From a virus, in IMG/VR virus record IMGVR_UViG_3300045988_122406: a stretch of DNA of 36,218 bases; one strand, 5' to 3'. The position numbers were made by a program, and so were the translations under genes. The notes below the pieces were generated by a model. It saw only the letters and a program-made list of their open reading frames with translations. It searched no databases and had not been told where the DNA came from. Positions within the stretch are counted from its first letter, which is position 1; each line of letters opens with the position of its first letter. This document shows positions 33,169 through 36,218 of this stretch, one piece after another.

Positions 33169-33641
33169 CTTATTTGCACGCTTACCCTTTCTGTCAATTC
33201 TGCTCCTTGGACTTTCTCGCCTGCTGTGAGCCTCTTTTTTATTTCTGATTTGTTAATAGTTGGCTCAAAAACGACAAATTCGGACGGAATTAAATCGGAG
33301 TTTGTAATTTCTACCGCTTTGCTTTTTCGGCTCGATACAGTGAATGTGCCTACCTTGAGCTGCTTTTCGCCGCTCGAAATGTAGAAATTGAGTAAAGCAT
33401 CCTTAAGCCACTTGATGTTGTTTTCAATTGTCTTTTTGCGCTTTTGGCAACGCTCGATTTCTTTTTTGAACATTTCAACATCGGCGGTTAAACAACCGAT
33501 GACTTTGCAGGTGTTTTCGACCTTTTCAGCCGCTCCCATAGCCTCGAGCGTGTCATTAAATGTCTGCTCATCAATTTCCTCATCAGTGAGCAAATCAAGC
33601 AGATTTTGAGCCGCAAGGCTCATCTCATAGAGTGTTGACAT
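33165..33641 (-). CDS. Siphovirus Gp157-family protein
   Basis: MSTLYEM...DTLEAM...IERCQKRKK...IPSEF...KVQGAELTERVSVQIR follows the Gp157 family pattern. Confidence 0.75.
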   Translation of the reverse strand: MSTLYEMSLAAQNLLDLLTDEEIDEQTFNDTLEAMGAAEKVENTCKVIGCLTADVEMFKKEIERCQKRKKTIENNIKWLKDALLNFYISSGEKQLKVGTFTVSSRKSKAVEITNSDLIPSEFVVFEPTINKSEIKKRLTAGEKVQGAELTERVSVQIR

Positions 33642-33757
33642 TTTTCTTTCTCCTTTTTAAACTTCGCGATATTCATAGCGATTTCGATGTTCTCGACATC
33701 GGTTTTGTTGTCAAATCCGTAATCATTGATGAATTGGTCAAGTTCAGCTTTCGTCAT
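33620..33757 (-). CDS. 45-aa small ORF (MTKAELDQFINDYGFDNKTDVENIEIAMNIAKF...)
   Basis: The ATG overlaps the end of the repeat-protein gene, and the 3' end overlaps the Gp157 start. Below the track cutoff. Confidence 0.4.
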   Translation of the reverse strand: MTKAELDQFINDYGFDNKTDVENIEIAMNIAKFKKEKEKCQHSMR

Positions 33758-34736
33758 CGTTCACCTCAACAAATTCGCCGTTGACTAATTTATACCATGT
33801 GTCCGCCTTAATTTTTTTGCCGTCGACAATTCCGGCTTTAAAGTCAGTGACCTCGTAATCATTGCCATTCCATTTGCGGTTGGCAATTGCAATTAAGCTA
33901 TTGAGTCCCGCACGGCATCTGCCATTGAAGCAAGCCAAAACGCTGTTTTTACCAGCCGCAAGGCTTGAGTTGTCTAAAGCCGCAAGGCTTGAGCAATCTC
34001 GAGCCGCAAGGCTTGACCTATCTCGAGCCGCAAGGCTTGAATAATCTCGAGCCGCAAGGCTTGACCTATCTCGAGCCGCAAGGCTTGAACAATCTAAAGC
34101 CGCAAGGCTTGAGTTGTCTAAAGCCGCAAGGCTTGAGCAATCTTGAGCCGCAAGGCTTGACCAATTCCGAGCCGCAAGGCTTGAATAATCTCGAGCCGCA
34201 AGGCTTGACCTATCTCGAGCCGCAAGGCTTGAACAATCTAAAGCCGCAAGGCTTGAGTTGTCTAAAGCCGCAAGGCTTGAATAATCTCGAGCCGCAAGGC
34301 TTGACCAATTCCGAGCCGCAAGGCTTGAGCAATCTTGAGCCGCAAGGCTTGACCGATCTTGAGCCGCAAGGCTTGACCGATCTTGAGCCGCAAGGCTTGA
34401 AGCACCCTTTCCATCTTTCTTTTGAATTGTTCGATTTTTTACAAAATCAAAATGAAGTTTGCAAATTTTCGCGACATCTAATTCTGCGCCGATTTTTATT
34501 TTGCTGCCGACAACCTTACTATCGTCTCCACGCTCTCCGTTGTCATCAATTTCAACTTCGTGATAGACACTTCCGTCGCCGGGAGAATAGTATTTGAAGC
34601 AATCCAACGGATTTAAACACGCGTGAAATCCCTCATTGCACAAGCTCGCGTTTTCCATTTCATATTTCTTGCCTTTCTCATATTTAAAGCCCCGACAAGT
34701 CATGTCCTTGTTGAAACCTTTGTATGCTTTTACCAT
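33744..34736 (-). CDS. 330-aa early protein with a central array of 19 octapeptide repeats SSLAA-x-(D/N)-x
   Basis: AGGAGG RBS before ATG 34736. N-terminal domain MVKAYKGFNKDMTCRGFKYEKGKKYE...; repeats; about 60-aa C-terminal domain. Confidence 0.85.
   Translation of the reverse strand: MVKAYKGFNKDMTCRGFKYEKGKKYEMENASLCNEGFHACLNPLDCFKYYSPGDGSVYHEVEIDDNGERGDDSKVVGSKIKIGAELDVAKICKLHFDFVKNRTIQKKDGKGASSLAAQDRSSLAAQDRSSLAAQDCSSLAARNWSSLAARDYSSLAALDNSSLAALDCSSLAARDRSSLAARDYSSLAARNWSSLAAQDCSSLAALDNSSLAALDCSSLAARDRSSLAARDYSSLAARDRSSLAARDCSSLAALDNSSLAAGKNSVLACFNGRCRAGLNSLIAIANRKWNGNDYEVTDFKAGIVDGKKIKADTWYKLVNGEFVEVNDDES
33954..34400. repeat. 19 x 24-nt perfect-phase tandem repeat (invariant 15-mer AGCCGCAAGGCTTGA plus a 9-nt variable cassette)
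   Basis: The 15-mer occurs at 33954 + 24n for n = 0..18 with no substitutions. The 9-nt spacers are drawn from 8 variants. Confidence 0.95.
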
Positions 34737-34753
34737 TTTTTACCTCCTAAATT

Positions 34754-34954
34754 TTAAACTAACATTTCATATTTGCTTTTGACGCATTCCTCACAGAGGT
34801 CTGCGCTGTCGATTTCGTAATAGCTGTCACCCTCATAGATTTCTGCTTCGCATTCGTCACAGACGATATGCTTGTCACAGCAAGCGGAGTTGTGACATTC
34901 GTCACAATCCCAAGCATCACAGCCTTGCGCGTTACATCGTTTCGTCGTTATCAC
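34754..34954 (-). CDS. 66-aa Cys-rich (zinc-finger-like) acidic protein
   Basis: 13 Cys, including CDECHNSACC and CDEC...CEEC. Confidence 0.6.
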   Translation of the reverse strand: MITTKRCNAQGCDAWDCDECHNSACCDKHIVCDECEAEIYEGDSYYEIDSADLCEECVKSKYEMLV

Positions 34955-35192
34955 ATCCTTTGCTATAAGCTATCATTAAGCAGTGACGCCAATCCGCGTC
35001 CTGCGGAAAAATGTAGCCCTTGTCGATTTTCCTCTTTTCGGGTTGACTAAGTAAGTCTTCCACAAGCATTGTGAAAGACAACACGAGAAACAGTACAAAC
35101 ACAGCCGCAAGGCGCTCAAAATTGAACGCTACCGACATAAACGCCATTAACGCATTGACACAAGTCAATATCAATTTTGTTTTTCTTTTCAT
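34932..35192 (-). CDS. 86-aa two-TM membrane protein
   Basis: LILTCVNALMAFMSVAF and AAVFVLFLVLSFTMLV hydrophobic segments. Confidence 0.55.
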   Translation of the reverse strand: MKRKTKLILTCVNALMAFMSVAFNFERLAAVFVLFLVLSFTMLVEDLLSQPEKRKIDKGYIFPQDADWRHCLMIAYSKGCDNDETM

Positions 35193-35204
35193 CTTTTCAC
35201 TCCT

Positions 35205-35420
35205 TTAGCTTATTAATCTTGCAAGTTTCGTTTTTGCAATCAAATACGACGCTCGCTTTGGTGTTCCGGCATTAATCAACTCGCGTTCAAATACTCGCTT
35301 TGCCGTTCTGCCGTCAAGCCCTGTGAATTCAGTCAGTTGTCGAAGTGTGAGCAGTTCCGAATCAGGGAATCGCTCGTCAAGCCGTCGCAAATTTTCGCGA
35401 TAGTCTGTTTTTTCTCTCAT
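35205..35420 (-). CDS. 71-aa HTH DNA-binding protein (early regulator / excisionase-like)
   Basis: AAGGAG RBS. LTLRQLTEFTGLDGRTAKRVFE HTH pattern. Confidence 0.65.
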   Translation of the reverse strand: MREKTDYRENLRRLDERFPDSELLTLRQLTEFTGLDGRTAKRVFERELINAGTPKRASYLIAKTKLARLIS

Positions 35421-35435
35421 TTTTTATCTCCTTTC

Positions 35436-35464
35436 TTGACTTTTCCTTGGCTTTTGCATATAAT
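35436..35464 (+). promoter_or_regulatory. Consensus promoter firing antisense to the early transcript
   Basis: TTGACT (35436-35441), 17 nt, TATAAT (35459-35464). Confidence 0.75.
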
Positions 35465-35470
35465 ATATAT

Positions 35471-35512
35471 GCTTACTTTTTTGGAGTCGCCCGACTTTGG
35501 GCGGCTTTTTCT
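35471..35512 (+). ncRNA. Candidate ~40-nt antisense RNA (promoter-to-terminator unit)
   Basis: The predicted start is about 7 nt after the -10. Hairpin GTCGCCC-GACTTT-GGGCGGC (35486-35505) is followed by TTTTTCTTATTT. Confidence 0.5.
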
Positions 35513-35649
35513 TATTTCACCCCTTAGTGAAACGGCAACGAATGTATTATTTTTTGGAAGTTGTTAAAAATTTTGTGAATTAGTGTGCTTATGGGTTTTA
35601 TTGAATTTTGAAAAGGGGGTTGTTGCCGCTCCATTAAGGAGTGAAAGTA

Positions 35650-35666
35650 GTTGAATGTCATTCAAC
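35650..35666. promoter_or_regulatory. Distal operator-like palindrome GTTGAAT-GTC-ATTCAAC at the 3' end of the Cro-like gene
   Basis: Perfect 7-bp inverted repeat. Shares CATTCAACA with the switch-region site at 35893-35901. Confidence 0.6.
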
Positions 35667-35873
35667 ATTTGAAACAAAAAAATACTTTGCTAAATCCTTA
35701 TCTTTGATTTTTAAAACTTTGCCTAAAATCAAAATCTCGTTGGCTTTGAATTGCCTTTTTTCGTTTAGCTTATAGTTAAGCGATGTAGGCGATATTCCCA
35801 AGATTTCAGCTATCTTTTCGCGCGAATATCCATTTTCTGTGATTTTCGCTTTCAATTTGTCTTTGTTAATCAA
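35658..35873 (-). CDS. Cro-like XRE-family HTH protein
   Basis: TTG start after a GGAGGTGA RBS. YSREKIAEILGISPTSLNYKLNEKRQF HTH pattern. Divergent from the repressor. Confidence 0.8.
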   Translation of the reverse strand: MINKDKLKAKITENGYSREKIAEILGISPTSLNYKLNEKRQFKANEILILGKVLKIKDKDLAKYFFVSNVE

Positions 35874-35884
35874 TTAATCACCTC

Positions 35885-35962
35885 CGTGAATTTCATTCAA
35901 CAATGCTATTGTAGCATATCACTCAACAATTGTCAACATTTTTGTTGATTTTTTTTCAACTA
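35885..35962. promoter_or_regulatory. Genetic-switch operator cluster (four TCAAC(A/T)(A/T)T boxes plus palindromes)
   Basis: TCAACAAT at 35896 and 35922, TCAACATT at 35932, TCAACTAT at 35955. GTGAAT-TTC-ATTCAAC at 35885-35900. TCAACA-TTTTT-TGTTGA at 35932-35947. Confidence 0.7.
35907..35935 (-). promoter_or_regulatory. Early lytic promoter (towards the Cro-like gene)
   Basis: On the - strand: TTGACA (35935-35930), 17 nt, TACAAT (35912-35907). Confidence 0.8.
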
Positions 35963-35990
35963 TTGACGAACGCAAATTTATGTGCTATAT
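35962..35990 (+). promoter_or_regulatory. Repressor promoter
   Basis: TTGACG (35962-35967), 17 nt, TATATT (35985-35990), with an extended -10 TG at 35982-35983. Confidence 0.75.
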
Positions 35991-36014
35991 TAATAATCGT
36001 GAGGGAGTGATGTT

Positions 36015-36218
36015 ATGACAGATAGAAAAAACACGCTATACGAGCGTGTTAAAGAATTGAGAAAAAATAAACGAATGAGTCAGGACGACCTCGCGAAGAA
36101 ATGCGGCTATACAAGTCGCTCGTCGATTTCTAAATTGGAAAAAGGTGAATTTAATTTACCATCCGACAAAATAGTCTTGCTTGCAAATGCGCTTGGCACA
36201 ACTCCTGCTTATCTTATG
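36015..36218 (+). CDS. XRE-family CI-like repressor, N-terminal part (continues at window position 120 via the circular junction)
   Basis: GAGGGAG RBS before ATG 36015. The reading frame is continuous with 1..242. Confidence 0.85.
   Translation, partial: MTDRKNTLYERVKELRKNKRMSQDDLAKKCGYTSRSSISKLEKGEFNLPSDKIVLLANALGTTPAYLM
36100..36218. repeat. Terminal direct repeat, copy 2 (identical to 1..119)
   Basis: Exact identity with the window start. Confidence 0.97.

Larger units (their letters stand above)
1..36218. mobile_element. Complete temperate siphovirus-type phage genome (circular or terminally redundant, unit 36,099 bp)
   Basis: Lysogeny, early/replication, packaging, head, tail and lysis modules are all present. 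Window ends overlap by 119 identical bp. Integrase lies adjacent to a tRNA 3' fragment (attP). Confidence 0.9.

Noticed and set aside
33954-34400. Regularly spaced 24-nt repeats that could be mistaken for a CRISPR array
   Set aside because: The conserved 15-mers are separated by only 9 nt, drawn from eight recurring variants, so there are no unique spacers. The array lies entirely inside a 330-aa ORF with an RBS and is in exact codon phase. No cas genes are present.
33965-34597. 210-aa + strand ORF (LEPQGL... repeats) antisense to the repeat protein
   Set aside because: It is a shadow ORF created by the repeat periodicity. It has no RBS, and it lacks the flanking non-repeat domains. The - strand ORF has an AGGAGG RBS and fits the gene train.
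35469-35567. Leaderless 32-aa peptide (MLTFLESPDFGRLFL...) from the antisense promoter
   Set aside because: The predicted start site (about 35471) falls after the A of the ATG. The intrinsic terminator lies within codons 5-14, so a full-length message is unlikely.

Overview
The window is one complete temperate siphovirus-type phage genome, linearised arbitrarily. Bases 1-119 are identical to 36100-36218, so the unit length is 36,099 bp and the molecule is circular or terminally redundant. RBS, promoter and tRNA signals look Firmicute (Clostridia/Bacilli-like).

Layout:
- The + strand carries a lysogeny module: an XRE CI-like repressor split by the linearisation point (36015-36218 + 1-242), a lipoprotein, a second XRE protein, a tyrosine integrase, and an attP holding the 3' part of tRNA-Ser(GGA).
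- Nearly everything else is on the - strand, in this order: Cro-like switch; small early genes; a 24-nt-repeat protein; a recombination module (Gp157, ERF, NinB, HNH-like, SSB); a replication organiser with internal iterons; wHTH; a PD-(D/E)XK resolvase; a DNA methyltransferase; a disrupted YopX; an RNA-ligase-family enzyme; dUTPase; an ArpU/RinA-like late regulator.
- A small + strand two-gene island follows.
- The - strand then continues: ParB-DUF4417; an acidic protein; an L27-leader/JAB-like protein; TerS/TerL; portal; MuF/gp7; scaffold; capsid; connectors; major tail; chaperones; TMP; tail tip and fibres; XhlA-like protein; holin; CHAP endolysin. A 2.4-kb cargo cluster sits between lysis and attP.

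No known defence or anti-defence family is recognisable by eye. The most unusual items are:
1. A 330-aa early protein built on 19 exact-phase 24-nt repeats with an invariant 15-mer.
2. A JAB/MPN-like protein with a ribosomal-L27-like (Prp-cleavable) N-terminal leader just upstream of terS.
3. A repressor with a convergent mini-ORF that copies the repressor C-terminal helix (SinR/SinI-like logic).
4. A tiny consensus-promoter-to-terminator antisense unit inside the early leader.
5. A Cys-rich/C1q-like cargo cluster next to attP.
6. A 31-nt hairpin repeat array between head genes.
7. A + strand moron island with its own operators.

All product calls come from motif recognition and synteny only. 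No database search was possible.
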